DNA of 64,000 nucleotides from the sequence record PZ495249.1; one strand, 5' to 3'. Source of the DNA: a phage. A program made the translations under genes and the position numbers. Within the stretch, counting starts at the first letter, position 1, and the number at the start of each line of letters is the position of its first letter. Positions 8,640 through 17,803 of this stretch are shown here, one piece after another. The notes beneath the pieces were generated by a model. It made no database searches, was not told the origin of the DNA, and saw only the letters and a program-made list of their open reading frames with translations.

Positions 8640-10409
8640 GTGACACATGTTGTAAATAAGTACGGCTTTAATATTGATTTGAGTCGAGAAGGTCACACTG
8701 GTTGTCCACGTTGTATGAAGAATGGTAGAGATCGTTCACAGAATAACTTGATGGTATATGGGTTAGATAGTGGCGGTGAGCACAAAGGAGCACACTGCTT
8801 CTCATGCGAATTTACCATTCCGAGTCAAGAATGGTTGGATGAACACGGTGAAGAAATTGAAGAGGAGGATATCTTGGGAAGCGAGTTCAACCCACAAATT
8901 CATGATAAACTGAAAGAACAAACCGGAACAAACCCACGAGGCTATCGTGGAATCCGAGAAGATATTTCAAAACCCCTGGGTGTACGTTATGGTTATGATG
9001 CTGAAACAGGCAATGTGACAGACACATATTATCCAACCACTAAGAGCTATCAGATCGCAGGTTATAAACACCGCATTGATCCGAAAGACTTTACGCAACC
9101 CGTAGGGGAAACAGGTAAAGAATGTGACCTGTTCGGTGAGTTTAAATATCGAAACCACAGTGGTACAATCGTCATCGTAGGTGGTGAGCATGACATGCTT
9201 GCAGCTACACAGATGCTGATGGATCATAACAAAGGTGGTAAATACCCTGTGCCAGCCGTTGTCTCTGGTACATGCGGTGAGAGTTCCCTGCACAAGCAAC
9301 TGCAATCACGCTACAAGTTCCTTGATCAGTTCAAGAAAATCATTCTCTGCATGGACAATGATGATGCTGGTAGAGCAGCAGTAGAGAAGTGTGTTAAGAT
9401 TCTACCTCGCAACAAAGTGTACGTGATGGACTTAACTGAGGTTAAAGATCCTAATCAGGCACTTGAAGAAGGGAAGGTTGATCACTTCATTGACCGATTC
9501 TTTAAAGCGAAGATGTACACCCCTGCTGGTGTATACGCATCAAACGTCCTGTACGAGGCTGCATTGGAATGTTTGGAGGCTAAGGTCATAACCCTACCGC
9601 CATTCATGCGACAGGCTGCTAACATGCTTGGAGGCGGTTTGGTGGAGGAAGAGATTACTGTTATTCTGGCTAAAACCAGTATCGGTAAAACTCTCCTGGT
9701 GAATGAGATCACCAAACACATTATCATGGCGCACCCAGAGCATACTCTTGGCGTTCTTTCCTTGGAGGCAACGTACAAGAAGTATTCTCGTAACTTGCTG
9801 TCATCTTTCCTGCACATTCCTCTGCACCGTAAAACGGCAGAAGAGAAACAGGAGATCCTGAAAGCGAATGAGGAGAGAATTCGTAACTTCTACGAGCACG
9901 AAGACGGCACTCCACGTTTCTACGTGTGTGATGACCGAGGAGCTAACGTAGACGTTATCAAGGAAAAGGTTCTGGAGATGATCATCTACTTCGGAGTGAC
10001 AATCCTTGTTATCGACCCTTATTCTGACTTGCTTTCTGGTATGGATGTTTCCGCGCAGGAAGAACTCGCAACTTGGCTGAAACGTATTATGAAAGAGTAC
10101 GGTATCACTATTATCGTAATCTCTCACGTTAAGAAGTCTTCCAATAACAGCAATGAACACATTGTGGAAGATGATGCAATGGGTAGTAGCTTCCTGGCTA
10201 AAGGTGCTGGTATCACCATCGCACTGGAACGTGACAAACAAGCAGAAGATCCAATGGAACGAAACCGTACATATTGCTACATCCTCAAGAACCGTGAGTT
10301 CTCTGAGACAGGTGCAGCAGGTAGTTTCTTCTATGAAATCAAGACTGCTACCCTTCATGATTACGATCAGTACATGAACAAACTGCCTGTACCCGAAGGT
10401 AGTTATTAA
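8640..10409 (+). CDS. bifunctional DNA primase-helicase (T7 gp4-like)
   Basis: N-terminal zinc ribbon CPRCMKNG...CFSCEF, central TOPRIM-like region, Walker A ILAKTSIGKT; GTG start after RBS aggaga. Confidence 0.85.
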   Translation: MTHVVNKYGFNIDLSREGHTGCPRCMKNGRDRSQNNLMVYGLDSGGEHKGAHCFSCEFTIPSQEWLDEHGEEIEEEDILGSEFNPQIHDKLKEQTGTNPRGYRGIREDISKPLGVRYGYDAETGNVTDTYYPTTKSYQIAGYKHRIDPKDFTQPVGETGKECDLFGEFKYRNHSGTIVIVGGEHDMLAATQMLMDHNKGGKYPVPAVVSGTCGESSLHKQLQSRYKFLDQFKKIILCMDNDDAGRAAVEKCVKILPRNKVYVMDLTEVKDPNQALEEGKVDHFIDRFFKAKMYTPAGVYASNVLYEAALECLEAKVITLPPFMRQAANMLGGGLVEEEITVILAKTSIGKTLLVNEITKHIIMAHPEHTLGVLSLEATYKKYSRNLLSSFLHIPLHRKTAEEKQEILKANEERIRNFYEHEDGTPRFYVCDDRGANVDVIKEKVLEMIIYFGVTILVIDPYSDLLSGMDVSAQEELATWLKRIMKEYGITIIVISHVKKSSNNSNEHIVEDDAMGSSFLAKGAGITIALERDKQAEDPMERNRTYCYILKNREFSETGAAGSFFYEIKTATLHDYDQYMNKLPVPEGSY

Positions 10410-10413
10410 TAAA

Positions 10414-10429
10414 AGGGGCGCAAGCCCCT
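10414..10429 (+). terminator. GNRA-tetraloop hairpin after primase-helicase
   Basis: AGGGGC-GCAA-GCCCCT; same family as 4486 and 13370. Confidence 0.35.
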
Positions 10430-10448
10430 TGACTTAGAGGAGAGAATT

Positions 10449-10766
10449 ATGATACAGTTAAAAGGTTCCGTAACGACAGTCGAGAGAATGGATGTAGAAG
10501 TTACCCCGCAGGAACTATCCAAACACACAATAAAGAACTTCACCCCTTACGAAATAACCCGCATGGCTTATGCAAGTTGGCTTGCTGGCAAGGGTATGGG
10601 GACAGATGTTCAACTCAAACAAAATTCCCTTGGTGCATATTATTTTCAAGAGTATGAAAATAATGGGAGCCATTATTCAGGTTATTACGAAGTGAGTAAT
10701 GCATACAAGGAAGGTGACGAAGTTATTTGGGAGCAATTCCATCAGCTACTTAATACATTAAAATAA
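10449..10766 (+). CDS. hypothetical protein
   Basis: 105 aa ORF; RBS gaggagaga. Confidence 0.45.
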   Translation: MIQLKGSVTTVERMDVEVTPQELSKHTIKNFTPYEITRMAYASWLAGKGMGTDVQLKQNSLGAYYFQEYENNGSHYSGYYEVSNAYKEGDEVIWEQFHQLLNTLK

Positions 10767-10778
10767 TTAGGAGGGAAA

Positions 10779-13364
10779 ATGGGAGCATTTACTTTCGACA
10801 TTGAAAGTAACAACTTGCTTAATGATGAGAGTGTGGATTACCTGTCAAGTCCTTATCGACTGAAAGACAGTTTCGAGATGCACTGTATTGTATGCGAGAG
10901 TCATGACACCGGAGAGATTATTGCTTTCCACGATGGAGACAAGTATCACTTCGATGGTCGTCCTTACGTAGAGACTGACGGGAAATACACTTACAGCCTG
11001 TTAGAATACGAACATCAGGATTACACCCATTTTCCAATGAGCGCATTCCGAGACTTCGTTAAAGGCACTGGTGTATTTGCCAACAAACCTCAGTACAAGA
11101 TTACGAAAGTAGTTGGTCATAACATTATCAACTTTGACTTGTTAGCCATTAAACTCTACTTTAAAATGAATTACAGCGTGAAATACAATACTTGGGATAA
11201 TCAGGATGTAGAAATCTGTGATACCATGATCCTGAGTAAAGTGCTGAACCCTGACCGTTTCGGTGGTCATAGCCTGGCGGAATTATCCAGCAAGGCAGGT
11301 GGTGATGTTAAGCTTGACTTCCGTAAAGATATTCCGGTTGAAGATCGATTCAAAACGTTTGCAGCAGACATGCTCTATTACTGTATTTACGATAACAAAT
11401 CGAACACCGCCGTATATAAATATCTGATGGAAGAATGGGGAGACTACGATAAATGGGCGGAACCATTTATTCTTGAACAACGTATTGCTGATATTATCAC
11501 TCGTCAGGAACACCGTGGCTTCGCTTTCAATATGAAACAAGCCGAAGAGAATATAAAAGATCTTGATTCTAAGATGGAAGCGTGTAGACTTGAGGCTGAA
11601 CCTATTCTTCCTCCGAAACCTGCAACGAAAGGTTATCTGAAAGACTTCATTCCGCCTAAACTCCAGTTTAAGAAGAATGGTGATCCAACGAGTAACATTA
11701 CGAAGTTTGCAGCTAAGCATGGTGGTGAACTGGTTGAACGTGAAGATGGATGGTGGTTGATCGCCTTGGATAAGGAAATGAAACTTCCTATCTCCAGTGA
11801 AGAGCCAATCTGTGAACCTACTGTTCCGGCTACACTGAACGACACGACACACATCAAGAACTGGCTGGTAGGATTAGGCTGGAGTCCTTCTGAGTACAAA
11901 GATAAAGACATTACGTTGAAGTCTGGTACTAAGATTAAAAAGGACGAGGCGCAGATGGAGAAAGCGATTCGCGATTACGTGGATCAAACTTTAGCATCAA
12001 ACTTCTGTCAAGATCGTTGTGACCACCTTGAATGTACGCCTGAAACTCTTGAGTGGAAGCTGCGTGACCGTATTGCTAAGGCAAAAGGTAAAGGTGTGAA
12101 GGTATTGACTAACCCATCATTCACCAAGGGGCAGGAGAAAGAGATTTGTCCTAACTTGGCTGAACTGGGTGAGAAGTTCCCGTATGCTACCCAGATCGTG
12201 GAATACCTGACGTACAAACACCGTCGAAACTCTATTCTCGGTGGTGGTGCAGATTGGGAAGATGATGAAGAGGATCAGGAATACAACAAAGGTTATCTTG
12301 CAGCAGTAAGGGCAGACGGGCGTATTCCAACGCCAGCGGCAACGTGTGACGCTGCTACTTCTCGTATGAAACACCGTCTTGTTGCTAACATTCCTCGTGT
12401 AACCTCTCTATACGGTTTCCAGATGCGTAACATGTTTGGTGTAGAGGTTCCGGCATACTTCCAGATTGGTTATGACTTTGACTCACTTGAGGCGAAGATT
12501 GAATCACATTACTGCTGGAGATATGAAGCAGAGCCGCATGAATATTGTAACGCTCTTCTGTTAGAAAAGCCGCACGATGTTCACTCAATGATGGCACGAC
12601 GCATTACAGAAACTATCGGACGTAAGTTTGAACGTGCTCCGGCTAAATCTGTTAAGTATGGTATCACATACGGCGCTCAGGCTGCGAAGGTGGCTAAGAC
12701 AATCGGTAGTGATATGCACACAGGCCAGATGGTTTATGATGCATTCTGGGAAGCTGCAAAGCCTCTCGCATTACTGAAAGAACGTCTGCATGACTTCTGG
12801 GTTAAAACAGGTAAGAAATACATTCTCGGTATCGACGGACGTAAAGTGCCTACCCGTTCTGCTCACGCTATCCTGAACTCACTTTTCCAGAGTGGCGGGG
12901 TAATCTGTGCGAAACGTGCAATGGTGATTTACGACGACCTGATCGAAGAAGAAGGGCTGGCAGTTGACTTCTTTGTTGACGATTGGAAAAACAAATCCTT
13001 CGTGCAGCAAATGATCGCTTACCACGATGAAGCACAACTTGAGGTTACTCGTGACCTGGTTGAGTTCAAATGGTTCTCCAAAGAATCTCTGGGCTGGATT
13101 CAAGTTGAGGATGAGAAAGAGCAGGAACGAATCGACAAAGAATGTATGGCTAAAGTAAATGCGTGGAAAGCTGAGGAAGAAACTCGTACTGGTAAGATCT
13201 GGGCTAACGTACACGAATCTCCGAAAGGTGGTTGGTTTACTGGCTACAGTCGTGCAGGTGAACTGGCATCCATCGCAGTTAAGAAAGCAGGTGAATTCTA
13301 TGGCCTGAACGTAGAACTGACAGCAGGTTATGACTTAGGTAATTCCTGGGCGTCCTGTCACTGA
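10779..13364 (+). CDS. DNA polymerase, family A, with 3'-5' exonuclease domain
   Basis: Exo I FDIESNN; motif A YDFDSLEAKI; motif B RAPAKSVKYGITYGAQAAK; motif C YHDEAQLEV; 861 aa. Confidence 0.9.
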   Translation: MGAFTFDIESNNLLNDESVDYLSSPYRLKDSFEMHCIVCESHDTGEIIAFHDGDKYHFDGRPYVETDGKYTYSLLEYEHQDYTHFPMSAFRDFVKGTGVFANKPQYKITKVVGHNIINFDLLAIKLYFKMNYSVKYNTWDNQDVEICDTMILSKVLNPDRFGGHSLAELSSKAGGDVKLDFRKDIPVEDRFKTFAADMLYYCIYDNKSNTAVYKYLMEEWGDYDKWAEPFILEQRIADIITRQEHRGFAFNMKQAEENIKDLDSKMEACRLEAEPILPPKPATKGYLKDFIPPKLQFKKNGDPTSNITKFAAKHGGELVEREDGWWLIALDKEMKLPISSEEPICEPTVPATLNDTTHIKNWLVGLGWSPSEYKDKDITLKSGTKIKKDEAQMEKAIRDYVDQTLASNFCQDRCDHLECTPETLEWKLRDRIAKAKGKGVKVLTNPSFTKGQEKEICPNLAELGEKFPYATQIVEYLTYKHRRNSILGGGADWEDDEEDQEYNKGYLAAVRADGRIPTPAATCDAATSRMKHRLVANIPRVTSLYGFQMRNMFGVEVPAYFQIGYDFDSLEAKIESHYCWRYEAEPHEYCNALLLEKPHDVHSMMARRITETIGRKFERAPAKSVKYGITYGAQAAKVAKTIGSDMHTGQMVYDAFWEAAKPLALLKERLHDFWVKTGKKYILGIDGRKVPTRSAHAILNSLFQSGGVICAKRAMVIYDDLIEEEGLAVDFFVDDWKNKSFVQQMIAYHDEAQLEVTRDLVEFKWFSKESLGWIQVEDEKEQERIDKECMAKVNAWKAEEETRTGKIWANVHESPKGGWFTGYSRAGELASIAVKKAGEFYGLNVELTAGYDLGNSWASCH

Positions 13365-13369
13365 TAAAC

Positions 13370-13386
13370 AGGGGCGAAAGCCCCTT
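13370..13386 (+). terminator. GNRA-tetraloop hairpin after DNA polymerase
   Basis: AGGGGC-GAAA-GCCCCTT. Confidence 0.35.
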
Positions 13387-13402
13387 ATTAGAGGAGAAAA
13401 CA

Positions 13403-13633
13403 ATGAAATTAGTATTCCAAACAGACGACATTTTCATGTTCACAAAGGATATGGGAACATATACAGGTGGACAGATTATCATCCTGGGAGATAAAAACGG
13501 ATCATCATTTAATATCTTAGGTGACATTCGTAAGGATGGGGAAGAAAAACCTGTGACTGTAACAGGTTCAGAGAGTTGGTTAGAAACTTTATACCAAACT
13601 GGTGTTATCAAATTTATTGGGGAGAAAAAATGA
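13403..13633 (+). CDS. hypothetical small protein
   Basis: 76 aa ORF; RBS gaggagaaaacaATG. Confidence 0.45.
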   Translation: MKLVFQTDDIFMFTKDMGTYTGGQIIILGDKNGSSFNILGDIRKDGEEKPVTVTGSESWLETLYQTGVIKFIGEKK

Positions 13634-13872
13634 AACTTGTAGAAACAGTAATCACTACCGTAGAATTTGAAGTAGGGGATGTAGTTATGTTCCTGGATGA
13701 AGTTGGCTTTTATAAATTGGGAGATGTAATTGTTCTCCGTAAAGATTCCGAGCCAGAGAGATTCAAAGCTGAGGGTGCAGGGTTTATTGCTGGAGAAGCT
13801 AATGTAACACAGAAATGGCTGCATGATCTTCTGAAAGAAGGTCGAGTGAAACTGTTAGGGGAGTTAAAATAA
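13631..13872 (+). CDS. hypothetical small protein
   Basis: Start chosen at ATG 13631 after RBS ggggagaaaaa; shares MKLV start and LLGELK-like end with the previous gene. Confidence 0.4.
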
Positions 13873-14510
13873 TGGCATTATTCATGACCGTAGATAATCA
13901 AAAGCAAGCAGCATCAGAACTTCTTTCTAAATTGAAGATGGTAGATCCGTTTGCTATGATCGCAGGTGGTGCTCCTCGTGACTGGTACTTTAACACCGTT
14001 GCCAAGGACTTGGACGTATATCTCCGTCTTCCTAACCACAATACCATTGGATTGGTAACTTCCTTGGCTGCAATGGTGGGGATTAAAGATTTCTACCCTA
14101 TCGACAAGATTAAGGAATCAACCTACGCAGAATTACCTAACCTGAAATGGGTGTTTGAAGGTCGTTACAACGGTGTTCAAGTTAATCTGATGGTTATGGA
14201 GAAGGGTGTACGCGAAGAAATTATCAAAGATTTCGACGTGGCTATCTGTCGGGCATGGTTTGATGGGATCGAGTGTCATTACAATGAAGAATTTCAATTC
14301 TGTGTGAAGACTCGTGTTTGCCTGGTTCATGAGAACTACACTGGTAAAGAAGCCCACCTGCGTAAGATGGCTAAACGTTTCCCACAATTCATGTTCTATA
14401 AGAAAGTGGAGATCCCAGAAGAACCGGACGTGAGCTTTGACGCACCTCCAAGCCACGCTAAGGCTGCACCGCTTCCTCGTAAGCTGCCTGATTTCTGTGA
14501 TGAAATTTAA
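13872..14510 (+). CDS. pol-beta-superfamily nucleotidyltransferase (CCA-adding / poly(A) polymerase head-domain-like)
   Basis: IAGGAPRDW...KDLDVYL fits the GGxxRD...DxD head motif of class II tRNA nucleotidyltransferases; 212 aa. Confidence 0.5.
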   Translation: MALFMTVDNQKQAASELLSKLKMVDPFAMIAGGAPRDWYFNTVAKDLDVYLRLPNHNTIGLVTSLAAMVGIKDFYPIDKIKESTYAELPNLKWVFEGRYNGVQVNLMVMEKGVREEIIKDFDVAICRAWFDGIECHYNEEFQFCVKTRVCLVHENYTGKEAHLRKMAKRFPQFMFYKKVEIPEEPDVSFDAPPSHAKAAPLPRKLPDFCDEI

Positions 14511-14514
14511 TAAA

Positions 14515-14550
14515 TAAGGGGTTGACAAGCCCCTCCATTTTATGTTAAGA
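14515..14550 (+). promoter_or_regulatory. hairpin whose loop carries TTGACA; possible promoter TTGACA-N18-TAAGAT
   Basis: GGGG-TTGACAAG-CCCC at 14515..14533 directly upstream of gene 14562. Confidence 0.25.
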
Positions 14551-14561
14551 TGAGGACTTGA

Positions 14562-14960
14562 ATGACAGATTCACGCGCTAAAATAACAGTCGAGACTTCT
14601 TACAGTCGTGAGATGAACAGTCTCGTTCTCGTTGAGAAAGAAGCACTTCCGCAAGACAATTCGTTCTTCATACAACTCCTGAGTATCACTGGCGGTGCAG
14701 TACGTTTAAGTGTACGTATCGACGATTCTCAGTTCTCAGAACAAACTGTCACCCGTAAAGAATTTACCCTGTTGCAAGACACACTCCGAAATATCTTAGA
14801 TACTCCAGGCAAAGCCGGAATCATTAATCTTGGTGGAAACAAGATTCAACTTCTGCATTTTGAAAATGGTGAAATCGGTGTGGGTATTGGGAAAGGTAAA
14901 TATCTGTTAGAACCAACAGATGCAATTCTATTAAGAGAATTCTGTGTCAAAGTAATGTAA
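14562..14960 (+). CDS. hypothetical protein
   Basis: 132 aa ORF. Confidence 0.45.
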   Translation: MTDSRAKITVETSYSREMNSLVLVEKEALPQDNSFFIQLLSITGGAVRLSVRIDDSQFSEQTVTRKEFTLLQDTLRNILDTPGKAGIINLGGNKIQLLHFENGEIGVGIGKGKYLLEPTDAILLREFCVKVM

Positions 14961-14977
14961 TCCAAAGAGGAGAATAT

Positions 14978-15886
14978 ATGCCAGTAATTAATTCCGAAAT
15001 CGACCGCAAGACTAAACAAGAAGCATTCTGGGCTGAGGGTATTGTAGAATACGTTAAGCTGGATAAGTTTGCAGAGATGAAAGTCTCTTACATTAAAGTC
15101 GCTGGTCAGCCGGATAAGAAAATTGAGTCCACTCACAAAGCTTCCATTCTTCTGAAAGAGAAAGGTGCTGGTAAGGATGATCCAGGTGTTTGGATCGGTC
15201 TGGGTGATGTTAAGCTGCATCCAGAGCATGAAAATCTGCAAGTCAAGAAAGACGACCAGTGGGTGACTATCGAACGTGGTGTTGAAATTACACTGGACGT
15301 TAAGCCTAATGAATGGCAGGGTAAAACTTATTACCAATCATCCAAAGGTAAGATCTTCGTTGTATCTACCGAAGGTGTTCAAGCTGCTGCTCCGAAAGCA
15401 GGAAAAGGTGGTGATAGCACTCCAGCTAAACAACCGTTCAAGAAACGCGATACCGTAGGTATTGAAACTGGTCACGCTGTTAACGGTGCTCTTGAGCTAA
15501 TCCGTGGTGGTGTGAAAGGTGATGCCTTTGAACTCGCAGGTGTAGTACAGTCTGCCACTGTAACGCTGAAAGCAGAAGTTGCTAAGGCTCGTGGTGTGGA
15601 TATCACTGATTACGATCTGGGTGCTTCTGTCGGTCATGCTATCCTGAATGCTTGCCGTGATCACTCTCGCGATGATGTGACCATTGACGAACTGATTGAA
15701 GCTGCTCGCGATGTGCTGGCGCTATCTGATAAGGTGGCTGCTGCAATCCGTGGTGATGCTCCTGTTGCTGAATCCAAACCAGCCGCAGAGAAGCCAAAGA
15801 CAACTCGTAAGCCAAAAGAGGCGGTAAAAGCTCCTGAGCCAGAGCCAGAACCTCCAATGGACTTCGACGACGATATTCCTTTCTAA
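14978..15886 (+). CDS. ssb: single-stranded DNA-binding protein
   Basis: Ends PMDFDDDIPF, the canonical acidic SSB C-terminal tail; Gly/Ala/Pro-rich linker; RBS agaggagaa; sits with polymerase and primase. Confidence 0.8.
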   Translation: MPVINSEIDRKTKQEAFWAEGIVEYVKLDKFAEMKVSYIKVAGQPDKKIESTHKASILLKEKGAGKDDPGVWIGLGDVKLHPEHENLQVKKDDQWVTIERGVEITLDVKPNEWQGKTYYQSSKGKIFVVSTEGVQAAAPKAGKGGDSTPAKQPFKKRDTVGIETGHAVNGALELIRGGVKGDAFELAGVVQSATVTLKAEVAKARGVDITDYDLGASVGHAILNACRDHSRDDVTIDELIEAARDVLALSDKVAAAIRGDAPVAESKPAAEKPKTTRKPKEAVKAPEPEPEPPMDFDDDIPF

Positions 15887-15899
15887 GGATAAAAATAAA

Positions 15900-15930
15900 G
15901 GGAGCCTCTTTCGAGGTTCCCTTTTTTATT
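15900..15930. terminator. bidirectional intrinsic terminator between the convergent plus and minus modules
   Basis: GGGAGCCTC-TTTC-GAGGTTCCC flanked by an A run upstream and TTTTTTATT downstream; SSB ends at 15886 and the minus-strand gene ends at 15929. Confidence 0.7.
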
Positions 15931-17080
15931 ACACAGCATTTACGGATAAGTAGGAGCTATCAGAAGCAACCACCGTACCTTGATATGTGGCAGTACATCC
16001 TATCCTGCACCCGCCATCGCCTACTCCAGTAATAAGACCATTACTATCAACCGTAGCCACTGTAGGATCTGTTGTGGTATAAGTGATAACCATATCTGAT
16101 AACGACGCTGCACCATCTGGTGTTATCGTTGCCACAAGTTGTTGTGTAGTCCCTACACTCATTGCACTCAAGCTTTCAGTGTACACGCTTAATGTAGATG
16201 CATAGCCTCCAGAACTATCAGAGAGCGTTGTTCCAACATTGTTTTTAGCTGTTAAACTTGCATCGAAACCACCTTCACTAACAAACGACATTAGCCCATT
16301 AGTATCAATGGTCATAATAGAAGTATTACTTGAAGCATAAACTTTATCTGTTATTGGTGCTCCGGTTGGAGTAACAGAGTATGTTAATTGTTTCGTGCCT
16401 CCCACTATTGCAATACCGATGGAATCTGTGGTAATGCTTGTGGCTGTCGGTACTATACTGGTCATGATAGTTAGATCGTCTATTTTACCACGCAGCATTA
16501 GCGCGTTATCTGTAGTCCCAGCAATACAGAAGGGATTAGCAGTATTTCCCCCGAAACCCTTAGAAATAGTTAAAACAGATCCGAGAAAGACATTATCTTT
16601 CTTCACATACAAGCTACTCCCTGACTTCGTTATTGTCAGTCGAAACCAAGTATTAACTGGTAGTGCAGCAGTCCCAAAACGAAATCTTTGGACTTCCCCT
16701 GTCGTGCTGTAGCCATCTATACTAACGGATGCGAATACTTGATACGTATTGTTTAAGGTTATCCACCAACTACCAGAACCAGCATTGTTATTCAAGTTAC
16801 CGCATAGAATAGCTTGAGAGGTGTTATCTAAATATAACCATGTGTCTATAAGTAGGTCGGTAGTAGTCCCAACCACAAGACCAGTAGGTAGGCCACCAGA
16901 CGGGTTTGTAACGGTTATTTTACTATTAGATGTTCCACTAAATATGAGCGAACCTTTCCCTGATGCCGAATCTGTAGACTCGGCAACACCTGCACCCAAG
17001 GTAACTACACCGAATTCTTGCAAGCGTTTAACGATGTAGTTTACGTAAGGCTTTCCTCCGGCGAGTAACACTTCAAGCAT
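15929..17080 (-). CDS. LamG/concanavalin-like domain protein with Ig-like repeats (virion-associated)
   Basis: 383 aa; N-terminal MLEVLLAGGKP motif shared with 55897..56553; Thr/Ser-rich beta-rich sequence. Confidence 0.5.
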   Translation of the reverse strand: MLEVLLAGGKPYVNYIVKRLQEFGVVTLGAGVAESTDSASGKGSLIFSGTSNSKITVTNPSGGLPTGLVVGTTTDLLIDTWLYLDNTSQAILCGNLNNNAGSGSWWITLNNTYQVFASVSIDGYSTTGEVQRFRFGTAALPVNTWFRLTITKSGSSLYVKKDNVFLGSVLTISKGFGGNTANPFCIAGTTDNALMLRGKIDDLTIMTSIVPTATSITTDSIGIAIVGGTKQLTYSVTPTGAPITDKVYASSNTSIMTIDTNGLMSFVSEGGFDASLTAKNNVGTTLSDSSGGYASTLSVYTESLSAMSVGTTQQLVATITPDGAASLSDMVITYTTTDPTVATVDSNGLITGVGDGGCRIGCTATYQGTVVASDSSYLSVNAV

Positions 17081-17089
17081 AAGTTCACC

Positions 17090-17758
17090 TTAACTAATAA
17101 ATGTATTAGGTACAGCAGGTAGATTCTGCTTACTTGTCGCCTCGTATGTTGCTTTCAAGACAGTCAGATAATTTTGTACCACAACACCCCATTGCTTCAT
17201 AGCTTCATCAATTAGGCCAAGGGTATCTGTTTTATTTAGTGGATTTGACACACCTTCTTTCAGATTGATCAGATAAGTATCGGTGGCAGTTCCGCTGGTA
17301 GCAGACGTTTTGATAATATTTAATAGTGCCATACCATCTGCTGTCATTTGCAGGGTGTAATTTTGACCTGCGTATGTAACAGTGATACCTGTGAAACCAT
17401 CTTGAATAAAGATGTTATACAAGTTAGCTGCTTGACCTTGTTTTCTTTGTGCAAGATCTGCTGCGGCTTCTTGTTCATCAAAATCACGTACAACATAAGT
17501 ACGGTAGAATTTACCATCTGCCCCTTGCACTGGAGTGACTTCTGTAATAACATCACCATCAGGAATAGGTGAATCGAAAATCACAGCATAACCAAACTCT
17601 TCAAGAATGTAATCTCGGCAAGGGTATGGATAACTGATGTTAGTGTTAGAAGCACGAATAGCAGGGAAATAAATAGGCCAAGAAAGATCAGCCATATTAA
17701 TTAACGGGGTGTAATCATAAACCAAAGTAAAATCTTCGATTGAAGTAGTTTCTTCCAT
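17090..17758 (-). CDS. hypothetical tail-fibre-associated protein
   Basis: 222 aa; RBS ggaggaata; immediately downstream of the collagen-like fibre gene. Confidence 0.4.
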   Translation of the reverse strand: MEETTSIEDFTLVYDYTPLINMADLSWPIYFPAIRASNTNISYPYPCRDYILEEFGYAVIFDSPIPDGDVITEVTPVQGADGKFYRTYVVRDFDEQEAAADLAQRKQGQAANLYNIFIQDGFTGITVTYAGQNYTLQMTADGMALLNIIKTSATSGTATDTYLINLKEGVSNPLNKTDTLGLIDEAMKQWGVVVQNYLTVLKATYEATSKQNLPAVPNTFIS

Positions 17759-17779
17759 CGTATTCCTCCGAATAAAAGA

Positions 17780-17799
17780 AGAGGGGATTTCTCCCCTCT
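17780..17799 (-). terminator. intrinsic terminator, copy 1 of an identical 20-nt hairpin
   Basis: AGAGGGGA-GAAA-TCCCCTCT (minus sense) followed by TCTTTTATT; identical to 20341..20360. Confidence 0.55.
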
Positions 17800-17803
17800 G
17801 TTA

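Noticed and set aside
14515-14533. TTGACA in the loop of the hairpin after the nucleotidyltransferase gene as a definite promoter
   Set aside because: The -10 candidates (TAAGAT, TTAAGA) are weak; kept only as a low-confidence regulatory feature.
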